A stretch of 63,009 nucleotides of DNA, counting the filler, from Globobulimina sp. (Eukaryota), in assembly GCA_003354225.1 (NCBI GenBank). It is 20 parts of 20 records of this genome, joined end to end, with 100 filler letters (N's around TTAATTAATTAA, not from the genome) between each part and the next. Parts side by side here need not be neighbours in the genome. Positions count along the whole stretch, not along the records: positions 47,342 to 50,395 come from PIVH01003864.1; positions 50,496 to 53,549 come from PIVH01003865.1; positions 53,650 to 56,703 come from PIVH01003866.1; positions 56,804 to 59,856 come from PIVH01003867.1; 16 more parts are not named here. One strand, written 5' to 3'. A program made the translations under genes and the position numbers. Positions 47,242 through 59,956 of the stretch are shown in pieces. The notes beneath the pieces were generated by a model that worked only from the letters and a program-made list of their open reading frames with translations, searched no databases and was not told the DNA's origin. Within the stretch, counting starts at the first letter, position 1. Each line of letters begins with the position of its first letter.

Positions 47242-47341
47242 NNNNNNNNNNNNNNNNNNNNNNNNNNNNNNNNNNNNNNNNNNNNTTAATTAATTAANNN
47301 NNNNNNNNNNNNNNNNNNNNNNNNNNNNNNNNNNNNNNNNN

Positions 47342-48928
47342 CATGAGAATGAACATGAGAATGCACATAAAACCACAGTGTATAGACATTTGTATCGGAT
47401 ATATCGCGGATTCCGGTATGCGATCATTCGGGATATTACCTTTAGTAAAGATAGTAAATGGATGGCTGTATCTTCAGCACGTGGCACCATACATATCTAT
47501 GCCATCAATAGAGAAGGTGGCATGGCCAGCTATCTCACACATAATGTATTGCCATATGATATCTATGATAGTGACAGCATGTACTCACATAATGTCTGCA
47601 TTGATAGTAACAAAATCTATGACTTACAATCACAAAAGAAATTACATCATGAAATGCAAGAGACGCGCAAAGATCCGATGGGTACCAATACAACAACTGG
47701 TGGCACTAAGATTGTGTCAACCTTTTCATATTTGGGTTGTACAGCGATGGGCACACAATCATTGTTGGTGGAAACTCCGGTGGCATTTCATCAATATTCT
47801 ATTCATACAAATACAAGCAAACAACACATGGAGGACGGCGGTGATGATCCAGTTATAAATATAAATCAAGAGAGAGCCATCTATCTTAAAATTGAGCATT
47901 TGCATAAATTTACCTCTAGAGATTTATATAATGCACAAAGTGTATCCTATCCCTATTTGCACGATCAATTATATCCACAGTCTACGCCGACAAACACAAA
48001 TACCAACAAACATATTTATAATCAAATGTCTTCAATTACTATGAGTATATTCAACTTAGATGAACAAAAACAGCCCATGGCCGCCAAACAAATAGATAGT
48101 AATAATAACAATAATAATGAGAATGATGGCGGCCGTGTACTGGACATGTCGTCCTCGAAAAATTATGACGAAGATACAAAGCGATGGTTATCAAATACAG
48201 AATTGTGTCCAATAAATAGGTTTCATGAAGTGAGTCTGTGGGGAAATCCACAATTTAATTTCTATTCATATTCAAATATGCAAAGCATGGAAGAGAAGGA
48301 AGAGCTGCATATCCCAGATATTGATGACTATGAAGAAGAGCCTGGTGCAGCGTCAGTTAAATTTGAATCCGAATCAATGAAACGAAATGTATCGAATGAG
48401 TCACAACGCTCAATGAATACTGTCGATATCACACCTGAACCTCAACCATTACTAAAAAGTAATGACAACAATAATAATAATAATAACAATGTACACAAAT
48501 CAGATCCTTATTCGTTTTTGGATATAAAACATATTGAAAATGCAATACCAATAAAATTACACGAACATTCACCAATAATTCGTCCCCGTATAAATCAGCC
48601 ACAGATTCAAGTGACAATAAGTGATTTACAAGAAACAATTGACAGTGCCATGGGTACAATAATTGATCAACAAAAAGAAAACAGTGATAAAAATGACAGT
48701 AATTATATTGAAGATAGTGATGATGTCGGAGTTGATCGTGAAATACTGATACCACCACAACAAGCATTGAATGATAAATCTAAGTCAATGGAATCAAATG
48801 ATAGTAACAAAGATAATGATAACATTCTACCGTTACATTTTGACGAAATATATATTAAAAATGATATTAATCAAATTGATGACGACAATTTAACCACTGA
48901 CTCTGATGATTTTCAAATTGTTGATTAA
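47342..48928 (+). CDS. BCAS3-like / ATG18-related WD40 protein, C-terminal part
   Basis: HLYRIYRG...IRDITFSKDSKWMAVSSARGTIHIYAIN and RWLSNTE...LWGNPQFNF match BCAS3-family motifs. Confidence 0.8.
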   Translation, partial: HENEHENAHKTTVYRHLYRIYRGFRYAIIRDITFSKDSKWMAVSSARGTIHIYAINREGGMASYLTHNVLPYDIYDSDSMYSHNVCIDSNKIYDLQSQKKLHHEMQETRKDPMGTNTTTGGTKIVSTFSYLGCTAMGTQSLLVETPVAFHQYSIHTNTSKQHMEDGGDDPVININQERAIYLKIEHLHKFTSRDLYNAQSVSYPYLHDQLYPQSTPTNTNTNKHIYNQMSSITMSIFNLDEQKQPMAAKQIDSNNNNNNENDGGRVLDMSSSKNYDEDTKRWLSNTELCPINRFHEVSLWGNPQFNFYSYSNMQSMEEKEELHIPDIDDYEEEPGAASVKFESESMKRNVSNESQRSMNTVDITPEPQPLLKSNDNNNNNNNNVHKSDPYSFLDIKHIENAIPIKLHEHSPIIRPRINQPQIQVTISDLQETIDSAMGTIIDQQKENSDKNDSNYIEDSDDVGVDREILIPPQQALNDKSKSMESNDSNKDNDNILPLHFDEIYIKNDINQIDDDNLTTDSDDFQIVD

Positions 48929-49201
48929 AATAAATCAAACTAATCATGCTGTTACCTTTATTTTTGCATTCTTTCCAACAATTGTTTAATGTCAATAATG
49001 TGTGATGTTTTTTGGCTTTTTCAAACCTAGAAATTAATACAGAAAAGGGTAAATGTTTGAAAATGTGGATTAAAAATACTGCTAAATAAATTAAAATAAT
49101 TCAGAAAAAAAGAAAGCAATCAGATCTAGAGAAAAAAACTAAAAAAAAGAAAAAAGCAACAAAATACACTCATATAAAAAAAGAATTGAGAGACTAAGTG
49201 T

Positions 49202-50395
49202 TTACACATTATTGATTTCCGTTAATATTTGCATTTGTTGGTTTGATTTTTTTTTACAACAATAACATGAATATACCGCAACAATCATTGTCGACAATAA
49301 GCAAATCAAAACACAAAATGTAACACCAATTGAAATTAACAAACCATATTTATGCTTATCTTGATTTACAACTAAATGAACTAATCCATCATTTATATTA
49401 TTTTCAGATACTGAAGCAGCTGAATTTGGACGTACAATCACTGGCTGTTGTTGCAATTGCACATTTAAATAACACTCACCAGTTAATGCATTATACGCAC
49501 ATTTGTCGTCTCCATTCGCCAACGTTTGGTGCAGACAACTTACTGCATCGTTAATATAAGCACTACAATCCGAACTAATTGCAATTGGGGGCAGAGGCTG
49601 GACATTGGTAACGTGTACACCGCCAGGCGCCATTGGCGCGGAATACATTGGTGGCATTGGTGGCATTGGTGCAGGCACTGTAGGGTCTCTTTGATTTGTA
49701 TTACTATTCTCATCCACTACAATCATACTCGTCCATGGTGTTCCTAATTGATACTCCAATGCCAAAGCCAATGCTTCTGACTCCAATAAATTAAAAAGAT
49801 CTGCATTCATAGCAGCCAAACGTGGATTATCTAATAAACTTCGATACATTTTTAATCTCAAATATGCCCAAATTCTATCAATAATAACATTATTATCACC
49901 AATGGCAATATTAAACTCAATAGGAAATGTCATCGATATTGAATTCCCACCACTACTCCGCGCAGATAAGGAGACAACAATTCCAGTCATGGCACTGCTA
50001 AGTTTACCAGCGACCACTATGTCAGTGCCAGCATACAAACCGCGGTATTTATTCCGTGTCAACCGCTCCGCATTGGCTCCATCAGTGTAATAATCCAATA
50101 CAATATAAGACAATACTGGAGATTCCAAGATATCATAATATTGCGCTAGAATGGTTGCCGTCTGCGACGCGCGAATCATTGCATCAAAGCCTTCATTTTG
50201 AGTGGCAATGCTCCGCAATAAGGGATAATTTAAATTTTTCACCCAACCATCACCGTAATCGTCACCGATACCTAGACAAAATATAGAAGCGGGAGCAGTT
50301 TGCAATTGTTGCTGATTGAAATCGTATAAACCATTTTGTATAAGAATAGGATCAGTAATTCCTGCGGTTGGCATGCCATCCGTGATCAGGATGAT
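49202..50395 (-). CDS. ITIH-like vWA protein with C-terminal TM anchor, 5' truncated
   Basis: IILITDGMPTAG, SIFCLGIG, LLRSIATQNEG, ESPVLS, LYAGTDIVVAGK, IDRIWAYL, LALEYQLGTPWTSMIVV; TM near the C-terminus. Confidence 0.85.
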   Translation of the reverse strand: MILITDGMPTAGITDPILIQNGLYDFNQQQLQTAPASIFCLGIGDDYGDGWVKNLNYPLLRSIATQNEGFDAMIRASQTATILAQYYDILESPVLSYIVLDYYTDGANAERLTRNKYRGLYAGTDIVVAGKLSSAMTGIVVSLSARSSGGNSISMTFPIEFNIAIGDNNVIIDRIWAYLRLKMYRSLLDNPRLAAMNADLFNLLESEALALALEYQLGTPWTSMIVVDENSNTNQRDPTVPAPMPPMPPMYSAPMAPGGVHVTNVQPLPPIAISSDCSAYINDAVSCLHQTLANGDDKCAYNALTGECYLNVQLQQQPVIVRPNSAASVSENNINDGLVHLVVNQDKHKYGLLISIGVTFCVLICLLSTMIVAVYSCYCCKKKSNQQMQILTEINNV

Positions 50396-50495
50396 NNNNN
50401 NNNNNNNNNNNNNNNNNNNNNNNNNNNNNNNNNNNNNNNTTAATTAATTAANNNNNNNNNNNNNNNNNNNNNNNNNNNNNNNNNNNNNNNNNNNN

Positions 50496-53455
50496 CTGCG
50501 CATATTTTTCATATTTTCACAGTGGAACATTTGTTTGCCCAGTATTGAGTGCGTGAGTCTCACTAACTTCTTCAGCTCGGACTGAGTGGATGCTTTTGAC
50601 ACATTTAACACAGATTGGATTGAGGGAATCACACAATTTATAAGAATTTGATTGATTATTTTTGAATTGCGACTGTTTATATTTATTTTTATTTTCATCT
50701 TAAACACCGCGTCCGTCAATTTTGGTAAACAATGCGATTTAATTCTTTTATTACTAAATGTCACGATTTGTGCTATGCGTTGTACGACATCTGTTGGTTC
50801 AGCAATAACTATAATTTCATTAATTGCTTCTTGCGCATTTTTACGGATTGCTGGATTTGAAGCAGCCAAATTTGTACATAATGGTTGAGAGATAACAGTT
50901 AATATTTTGGGTAATAATGAACGAATATGTTGTTTTTGGACCATATTTCGCAAATTGTTTATCGCACAAATTGAAACTTTCGCATTTGAATCACTTAATT
51001 TCTCCGAAACGCGGTCAATTATTGGCGCAATATGTGACGATGTATAATCTTTTGCATTTTCTGTCAACTCACTAAGTTCATTCAAACCTTTTATTCTCTT
51101 CTTCCAATCGCTACTATTCAAATTAGAACAGGCTTCGTCAAATTTCTTTTCATTTATGTCATTCAATGGGGATAATGATTGATTATTTATCGATAAATAC
51201 GACGATGTATCGCTTGTTTTTAATAATAATGTATTTGCACATGTTGTTTTTTTAAATTTCGGTGTTATAATATTTGTATTTGTGTTTAAATTGAGACTTT
51301 GATTCAAATTAATTTCGTGCGAATGAGATAACACACTCTCAACTTTTGTATATTGCTGCAAACTCAAATAACTTTTTAACTTTCGATGGAAATCGTTTTT
51401 GTTTCTGTTTAATTTATGTAAACGAATTATTATTCGTTTTGCATAATTTCTCGTATTCGCAGCACTGTCATTTAAAAAAGTACCGCATGTTTTAATTAAT
51501 CGTTCATAATCTCGATAATTAAAAATAGAAAAGCCAGCCACACAAACAATTCTTTCCAAATACATGGCAACTTTCGATCGTATTGGAGGCGATTTAGATT
51601 TCGAATGTGATAATAAAATAGTTAAAGCTCTCTGCGTTGCTATATTGTCAATCATTGCATATATTGCTTTGTCAGCAGCGGATGATATAAATTCATTGCT
51701 CATTTCACCAGCTCTTCGCATTAAATTCGGTAGCAAACAATCAATGATTTTATTTGATTCTAATTTGCGCCCAAAACAAATAAATAAGTCCGTGAGCGTA
51801 ATGATTGCTATTCGGGATAATGAAGATCGTAAACTATTGATTTCTATTCCAATATATCGACATAAATCTATTAAATTCGTGGATAGTAAGTCTTTATGAT
51901 GCTGGGCTAATTGGCGAATGATATTGAAAGCACTGAATCTTTCGTCCCATTGTTTGGATTGAATCAGTTTCAATGCATTTTTTATATCACGTTCTGGATT
52001 GATGCATGCTGTCAACTCACTGGATGCTATATGTATATGTTCGGAGCATACTGAGGCACTGCGACTCAGTTCAGCTTCATCCATATTGTTATTTTTTAGG
52101 TGGCATTGGGTAATGGGATTGCTCCCCGACGAAGAACTGTAACTTCGTTGCGTAGCAGTGCTGTTTGCAAAACCTAAGACTTGTTGAGCTGCTTTATGTG
52201 GATATCGTTTCTGTTTATAATGTTGCTGCCGAAATGAAGTGTGCTCCGCGGCATTATCCACATTCACATTCTCCACCATATGATCCATGTTATCCATATT
52301 ATATATATTTGCGTTTAATTTATGAATATTTGTAAATGATTTGGCTCGATTATTTGATAACGATTGCGTCATATTTAGTTTTGTAGAATGAGCTGACGTT
52401 GCTCTGGCTTTCCTTTTTTTTAACAATGATAACTGACCCGCTATGGCTGCATGTCGATGGTGCATTGGCGCGGAATGGATCCTTTGATAATTGTTACTAT
52501 GACTCGTTATCTTTGTAGTTGGCTCACTCCGTATCTGTGGAGTTTGTGTATTATTTAAAGTGGACAACAAAGGTATTTTCCTAGACGCTGACGGGTTGCG
52601 TATGCGCGATGGCTTAGGCTTAGAGCGTATGTTTGATATTGAAGCATTTAGCTCTGACGATGAAGAGATGGAGACTTTATTGGATAGTTTGGAGTATCCG
52701 ATGTGTCCCGAACTACCTATCGAATGATGAAATAATTGATCGTTATTTTTTGTGTTTACATTTTTATATCGAAATGTAATGTTTCCATCTTTGGTTAAAA
52801 TTGGCAGTTTTTTAGATTTAAATCTCTGTCTTAACAGATTCATATCATTTGCATTGATCGTGGAATTTTGCAACATTGTCAATAGAGATATGCCCAATCG
52901 ATGATGCATTACGGCCAAACATTCAATAATCACATATGCTAATTTTGCAGTTGCTTGATTTAGAACTTTGCATAAATTATTTAAAATCATTTGGAAATCT
53001 ACGCAGTTTGAACCGTGTATATGTTGATGATATAATAGTAATGTTATGATATTTGTAATGAGTTCTTCTCGGATAATATCGATAGTTTGTTGTAAAACGT
53101 CAGCAAATGATTGGATGATAAGGCCGCAATTTGAAACGGATGAATAAAAATATAATTTCTTGGCAATTTCAAAACTTTTCTTAGATACAATATTATTGTT
53201 TGGTGCATACGACATCAACTCAACTAAACGCGGAATATAATAGGCACAGAAATTCATCATACTGTTTTTATCAAAACTGATCAGTGTCTCTAACATTTTT
53301 AAAAATATTATCACAAATCGATGTCTTTCCTTTTCATCCTGTTTACATTTATAATTCAGAGAGCTGTTATCTTCGTTATTTGAAATTAGCGGCGAATCAA
53401 TCTCCAAAAAATGGCATAAAAATAAAACAACTTGTTTCAAATCGTTTATTTTCAT
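50496..53455 (-). CDS. TOG-domain microtubule regulator (TOGARAM/FAM179/crescerin-like), partial
   Basis: HEAT/TOG arrays separated by a Ser-rich linker; QWDERFSAF, NSLRSSLSRIA, SNEFISSAADKA, LNDSAANTRNYAK, SSDWKKRIKGL, LSDSNAKVS. Confidence 0.8.
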
Positions 53456-53781
53456 TTTATTTTGGTTGTGGTTACAAAAATTGGTGATGGATAATAATAT
53501 GTCCTGAGCAATATTGCATGCATTGCTCCATTCATGTCTCCGTTTGTAANNNNNNNNNNNNNNNNNNNNNNNNNNNNNNNNNNNNNNNNNNNNTTAATTA
53601 ATTAANNNNNNNNNNNNNNNNNNNNNNNNNNNNNNNNNNNNNNNNNNNNAAAAAGATTTTTGTTTGAACTCAACTTAAATTAAAGTATGTTTACAAACAG
53701 CATTAAATATAATAATTAAAACAAACACCAATACAAACCAATAGAAAACACAAAGTGAAATCAAAGATATTTATGTCACTA

Positions 53782-54273
53782 TCATTGCTCAGACCTCGCA
53801 ATAATTTCACTACGTCGCTCACCTCTCACAATCGCAGCCAAAACAGGATTGCTTTGTACAACCCATTGGCCTTTATCATAATGTGCAGCTTTATCAAAAT
53901 TTTCATCCTCAATCTCAACATCGTCATCACCAAAAACCAAACCAAATCGTTTATTATTTAATTTTTTATTTGTTTGTTTATGGTATCCTAATCGTTTATA
54001 ATTATATCTATTGTTATTTACAACACGTCCGACCGTTAATACCAAATTATTATCAATAAATATCCTCGCACGCTTCACTAATTTATGTCGATGTCCCTTT
54101 TTTGCAATAATCGATTCAAAATCAACCGGCTGACATTGCGAAATAATATCCATTGCATCGAATCCTTCACTATATAAAGCATCTGCATATTCGCCCAAAT
54201 TATTAACTTCTAAAAAATAAATAAATTCCTCAAATTCTGCGTCCAATTTATTATCACATAAAGCTAAATTCAT
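53782..54273 (-). CDS. SAM domain protein
   Basis: FLEVNNLGEYADALYSEGFD.MDII...DFESIIAKKGHRHKLV. Confidence 0.8.
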   Translation of the reverse strand: MNLALCDNKLDAEFEEFIYFLEVNNLGEYADALYSEGFDAMDIISQCQPVDFESIIAKKGHRHKLVKRARIFIDNNLVLTVGRVVNNNRYNYKRLGYHKQTNKKLNNKRFGLVFGDDDVEIEDENFDKAAHYDKGQWVVQSNPVLAAIVRGERRSEIIARSEQ

Positions 54274-54483
54274 TACATTACTATTAAAATTTGTGTGTAT
54301 AATTTCAACACAAACAAACCTGGTTTCGATCCAGCTATCGCAGTTGTCTCTGCATTAAAATGTTTCTGGATCATTTTTTTAAACCATTGTTGTTTCTTAA
54401 ATCCGTCTGTTTGTTTTGCCATGCTAAGCTAGTAAAAGTTTGTTGGAAATGTAAAAGTTTTTTAGGTAAAACACAGAAATATG

Positions 54484-55029
54484 TTAATTGTTAATTGTTG
54501 CTACGGGATACGGCAGTGTAACACCAGCCCACCGTCTGTCAATACACTCCCCAACTGTTTTTTCGGTGTCCCACATATGTCCCTCCCACGCAACGTATGA
54601 CCTTCCACCCACGCTGTAAAATTTACCGTGTTTAATATTGATATATATCATCTTTTCATCCATTGATGCAATAAATTCTGTATTTAGTAGCTCCCACAAT
54701 TCATCCTTTTCATCAGGTTGTTCATATAGCATTGCCCTCAATTCGTCCCTTTCCTGATAATAAACCCATAAAAAATCACCGAAAACAAACCCATATCCGT
54801 CTGCCAAATCAATTGTTTCCTCTTTGTACCTTTTTCCTGTTGTTGCATCATCATAGTATCTTTTTCCTTCTTTTCGTGCATCATTGATGTATTTGAATAC
54901 CATTTCCTCGTCATATGCCCAACCTAACCTTTTCGATCCAAACCATCGACGCTTTTTATAATTGTTTTTTGAGAACCATCCATGCTTCTTGTTCTCCGTA
55001 TGCTTACCTTCGTGCTTTAACTGTGCCAT
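54484..55029 (-). CDS. Hypothetical protein (unrecognised)
   Basis: ATG at 55029; basic N-terminus, aromatic-rich; no intron evident. Confidence 0.55.
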   Translation of the reverse strand: MAQLKHEGKHTENKKHGWFSKNNYKKRRWFGSKRLGWAYDEEMVFKYINDARKEGKRYYDDATTGKRYKEETIDLADGYGFVFGDFLWVYYQERDELRAMLYEQPDEKDELWELLNTEFIASMDEKMIYINIKHGKFYSVGGRSYVAWEGHMWDTEKTVGECIDRRWAGVTLPYPVATINN

Positions 55030-55120
55030 TAAGATGAGGTAAGTTAAGTAAAGTAAATTAAGTAACATTTAACATCACAAAAACGTCACGTGCACAATGG
55101 TACAAATCCGTCTGCCAAAT

Positions 55121-55951
55121 CTATTTTTTAAGTAAACAAACTTCACATTGACAGGTAAACAAATATATTCCAACCATAAAACTGTCTCCATAGTCGAAAG
55201 TGAGCTCTTCTCCACAATCAATATCTCTCTTAGCAACAAAACGTATCGACCGCATTGCGAATTTATTGACATATTTATCGCATCGCAAATTCGGAGAACA
55301 GGAATGGTTGATAAACCTTGCGACGTTCCCTTTTCTTTTCGAATCGATCCAATGCCCAGGGCCGACATGAAACAAATATGAACATAAATCGTTGTTTTGT
55401 ACCAATAACGCCATTGCCCTGTTCTTTCCTCTTTTATCCAAATTTTCACCGATATATTCAATGACATGTTTCTCTTTTTCAAACTTCGTCTTTGCTGCAA
55501 GTCCATGACCGTATGCAGTTTTAATCACCTTTACTTTCTTTTTAGTTGCTTGATATTCATCAAATGTATTGTCACAATCATTGCCTGTACAATTATCTGG
55601 TGAACATTCATAGTTCATAGCCTTATTTAGCGAACAAGGACTTGCATCCAATGCACCAGTGTCATGCAAAAAAACCCGTAATCTTTCTGATTGATATTGT
55701 TGTTTGGCGATTTCTTTAAAACCGGTTTCTTCTTTCATTTTTTTATTTATTTCCTTTTGATCCGAATTTCGATCCATATATTTTGCATCATATGCAGCCT
55801 TATATTCCTCGAAATTCTTAAATCCATATGATATAGTTTTTCCCTTTCCATATTCTCTCCACGCTACAGCGCACTTTCTCGATTTTGTTTTGGCCCATCG
55901 TTTCTCATGTTGTTTCATTCCAAACGTGTTCCCTTTCGGGAAAAGTGGCAT
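55121..55951 (-). CDS. Compact SET-domain lysine methyltransferase (partial AWS + SET + short post-SET)
   Basis: ECSPDNC...CDN, GHGLAA, VIEYIGE, IDSKRKGNVARFINHSCSPN, GEELTFDY, CQCEVC. Confidence 0.93.
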   Translation of the reverse strand: MPLFPKGNTFGMKQHEKRWAKTKSRKCAVAWREYGKGKTISYGFKNFEEYKAAYDAKYMDRNSDQKEINKKMKEETGFKEIAKQQYQSERLRVFLHDTGALDASPCSLNKAMNYECSPDNCTGNDCDNTFDEYQATKKKVKVIKTAYGHGLAAKTKFEKEKHVIEYIGENLDKRGKNRAMALLVQNNDLCSYLFHVGPGHWIDSKRKGNVARFINHSCSPNLRCDKYVNKFAMRSIRFVAKRDIDCGEELTFDYGDSFMVGIYLFTCQCEVCLLKK

Positions 55952-56051
55952 GACTGGGACTGTGAATGAGAAGTTTTTAATTACATTTTGAAAAACCTTT
56001 TGACATTTTCAGTACATCACGAGTCACCATGCATCCCTATATCTGTTGTGA

Positions 56052-56703
56052 ATGTTTCTATGTCACTACATTATGAAACAGCAATACAGCATGCAAGAAA
56101 AGAAAAAAAAGAAACAAAAGGTTATGCTATTGCCTAAATATAACAAAAAAATCACTGTGCCTGGAATTCAACAATATGCTATGGCATTCTTTCATTTATT
56201 CAAAGATCATAATTTCGATAAAGACTATGGAAATGGCTCGGTAACCACGTTAACGCCGCAATTTATGGATCGATTAAAAGAAATGGCACAAAAAACAAAT
56301 ACAGATTTTGAATTTAATTTTGGGCCCGAGATTATTTTAAGAAACAATGGACAGGTACGCAAAGCCCCAGAATTATGGGGAAGCGACGAGACGTACATTA
56401 CGAGAGAAGAATTTAGAAAAAAATCGGTGGCTATATTTAAACGATATAAGGGGAAACTTCCGTATTTATCGGCTGGGACTATGTTAATTAAAATCATTCC
56501 CAAAGGCGATAATATCTCGTCATTGAATAGTAATAAGAATTGGCATAAGCGGGGGATATTAGCAACGTTTATGCCAAAGGCACATTTGATTTGGTACCTG
56601 ATTCATGATTCGAATGAGCCTTTTAGCAAAGATGGGCGATTAGTTCGTACATCGCTAAACAATGTAATTACTAATTTAAATATTAATAATTCATTAATGC
56701 ATT
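56052..56703 (+). CDS. Hypothetical protein, runs into contig end
   Basis: Open for more than 215 codons; no motif recognised. Confidence 0.55.
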
Positions 56704-56803
56704 NNNNNNNNNNNNNNNNNNNNNNNNNNNNNNNNNNNNNNNNNNNNTTAATTAATTAANNNNNNNNNNNNNNNNNNNNNNNNNNNNNNNNNNNNNNNNN
56801 NNN

Positions 56804-57915
56804 GAAGCAGCATATATTTTATTTGAGGATGAAACATATGAATGTTGTGGGTATACTAGATTTGGTGTATTAGGTGTTGGGCATTATAATAATATTAATA
56901 TATGGCATCAAATAAAAGATATGAAAATTAAAAATATATTTGCAGCACCAAACGGATCAGAACACTCATTTTGTATTTCAAATGAGAACAAATTATATGC
57001 GGTCGGATGGAATGATTGTAATCAATTTGGTATAAAAACAAACAAGCAAAAGAATAATAAATGGACACCAATTAATACCACACTATCAATTCAAAAAGTA
57101 GCTACATCCAGCATATATACAACATTTTTAAGTACAAATGGTAATATATATGTTGCTGGCACTGATGATTATGGTTATGGTAGTTTAGGATTAGGAAAAG
57201 ATATTAAATCATCACCAAATATTCAAGAAATTCAAACAATAATAAAATTTAAGGATGTATATTGTGGATGTCATCATACATTAGCAATTGATGAAAAGTA
57301 TGGTGTTTGGTCATGGGGACGTGGTGAATATGGTAGTTTAGGTCATGGAGATGATAAAAATAGATATTTACCAACAAGAATACAATATTTTATTCAAAAC
57401 AAAATTAAAATTGGTAAAATATGTTGTGGTTATTATCATAATATATTATTATCATTAAATAACAAAGTTTTGACCTGCTTCTGTTGTGTTTATCTATTTT
57501 TATATTGTTTTGTCTGTCATATACAAATATATTTTAATAAATAAATAAGATATATTGTTTTGGATGGAATGGGGAGTATCAATGTGGTAATGGTTCAGAT
57601 GAAAATGTATATTTTCCACAACCAAATGAAACATTAAAAAAGGAAAGAATTATTGATATTAAATGTGGTTCAAATCATAATATTGTTAAAACAGCGGATA
57701 ACAAATATTATTTATGGGGATATAATGCATATAATCAATGTTTATATGTCCGTGATGCCAATCCGCCAAAATATATTAAGAAACCATTATTATTTAATTC
57801 AAATTATTTTGATCAAGAACAAGAAATAATTGATATGTACCCTGGCTTTGAAGAAACACGAATAATAATTGGTAATTGTAAAGCAAATAACGAAGATGAA
57901 AAATATAACTTATGA
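56804..57915 (+). CDS. RCC1-repeat protein, 5' truncated; intron 57467-57549
   Basis: GCHHTLAID...VWSWGRGEYGSLGHGD, CGYYHNI...|IYCFGWNGEYQCG, CGSNHNI. Confidence 0.93.
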
Positions 57916-58457
57916 CTTTTAATTTTTTAAATGACTTTGTTTGTTATATCATCCAATTGACAATTAGCTGATTAACATAGTTTGTCAGCATCAAGCAATG
58001 TATATGCAATATTTTTCGTGAAATCTAACTGCAAAACGTTTTTGCATTGGTTCCAGGTTTGATGGTTTTTGATCAGTTATTTGTGGTAATCTTGAATTTG
58101 CCAATTACAATCCATTTAGGAAGGAAAATAGGTTAATAATAAAATGTTAATGGTTCCCGATGAAACACAACCTTTAAGAATTCAATTTTGACTTTCAATG
58201 TTTTTATTTCGAATAATCTGTAAAAAACTGTAAATTCAAAGAGTTTACAGTAAAAACAGTAATTTCAAACTGAAAAGCAAAAAGTTAAATGTTACCTTTA
58301 CCATTTTATTATTAACCTATTTTCCTTCCTCCATTTAACTCACCACAAATTGAAACAATCTTTATTTGCTGCAAGTACAGTCGTATATTTTTGATTATAG
58401 TTTGGGTTTTAAATGTCACACTGTACACTGTACTAGTAAAATATTCTATTCGTAGCA

Positions 58458-59856
58458 ATGGATGAAATGATGTTAAGCACAGATGCAACACGTATTCAAT
58501 ATGATGCAGATTTATATCATGAAAAAGAAAATGCAACACTCAAAGGGAAATATAGTTTATCAGATGCATCACTTGATGGTATCGATAATATTACCAATTT
58601 TCCATTTTTTGCACGTCGTGGTTCAACAGCCATTGGGCCAACAACATTGAGATTTGTCTTACGTTCAACTGCGCCGAAATGTATATCGGATCCACAGCAC
58701 AGTCCAACCCCTCACAGCCCAGAACCATATGAACCAATACCAAGTACACAACAACAACAACAGCAGCAACAATACCATATATTAGATGATAATGAATATT
58801 ATCAACACAGTGAGACAGCAACAGACGAATTCGAAGAGGAAGCAGTTAAATTAAGAAATAGAGAAAGAGGCAGAAGAAAGAGCATTGAATATGAATATGA
58901 ATATAAGTTAGAAAATGATTGGAAAACAAGTTGGAAAGGAATATTATTGATTGGTCTGATTTGGATGGCATGTTATCATAATTTCTATTCATTTTGCTGT
59001 TTATCACTGAATTTAATGAATTCTTTCCATTTTTTAATATTTGATATTGGCTTAATGTATTTTTTAATTTTGTTTGGTATTTCAATTGGAATATTTTTAT
59101 CATCGATCATATTAAATCAGGCCTCAATGATCCAAAGCTCCCAACTTATGGCAACGTATTCTATTTTTGTAACTTTTTTATCTCAAAGCATAGCATCCAT
59201 CGTATTTTATTATTTATATTATTATAAATATGACAGTATAACGACATTTTGTTGGTATATTTTATTGACATCACGCTTTTTGTTGGGTTTATCCATTGGT
59301 TTTATAGAAACAGCAATCGACAATTTGATGTTTGAATGGTTTGTCATTGTCAATGAAATGTATTTTATATCGAGAGCAAGACCGTATACATTGTTATTGA
59401 AAGCATTCGGCCATTGTTCAGCGAGATTAATATTGCTCCCTTTCGTTTATATCACATTTACTAATTATAAGAATCTATTCTTTTCGTTGTTAATCGGTGT
59501 CATATTATCTGCCGTATCTTGGTTGGCTATGATTTTTGCGGCAATCATAGATTCAAAATTAATTAATTCGGCACAGAAAGTATACACAGTGAATAAAAAT
59601 AAATGGATGCTTTCAGCAATAAGTTTGGATATATTATCATATAAAAGAATGGCATGAAATGGGTTATATTGGTTTTAATAAATCCGTCTTGTTATCAATT
59701 ATTTATTTATCCTTAAATTTTGCAATCTCGTTTACTTTTATTATATTATCAATTACTTCGTTTGTACAACAATATGGATATACGGAGTACACTGCAAATT
59801 TGTTGCTGTGTTGCATACCAATTATAAATGTAACATGCAATGGTTTGATAAGGAAT
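58458..59856 (+). CDS. MFS transporter-like (MFSD1-like) with long N-terminal low-complexity extension; 3' truncated
   Basis: Six TMs including SRFLLGLSIG...EWF, then more TMs in ORF 59659+. I could not resolve the frame change near 59600-59660. Confidence 0.6.
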
Positions 59857-59956
59857 NNNNNNNNNNNNNNNNNNNNNNNNNNNNNNNNNNNNNNNNNNNN
59901 TTAATTAATTAANNNNNNNNNNNNNNNNNNNNNNNNNNNNNNNNNNNNNNNNNNNN

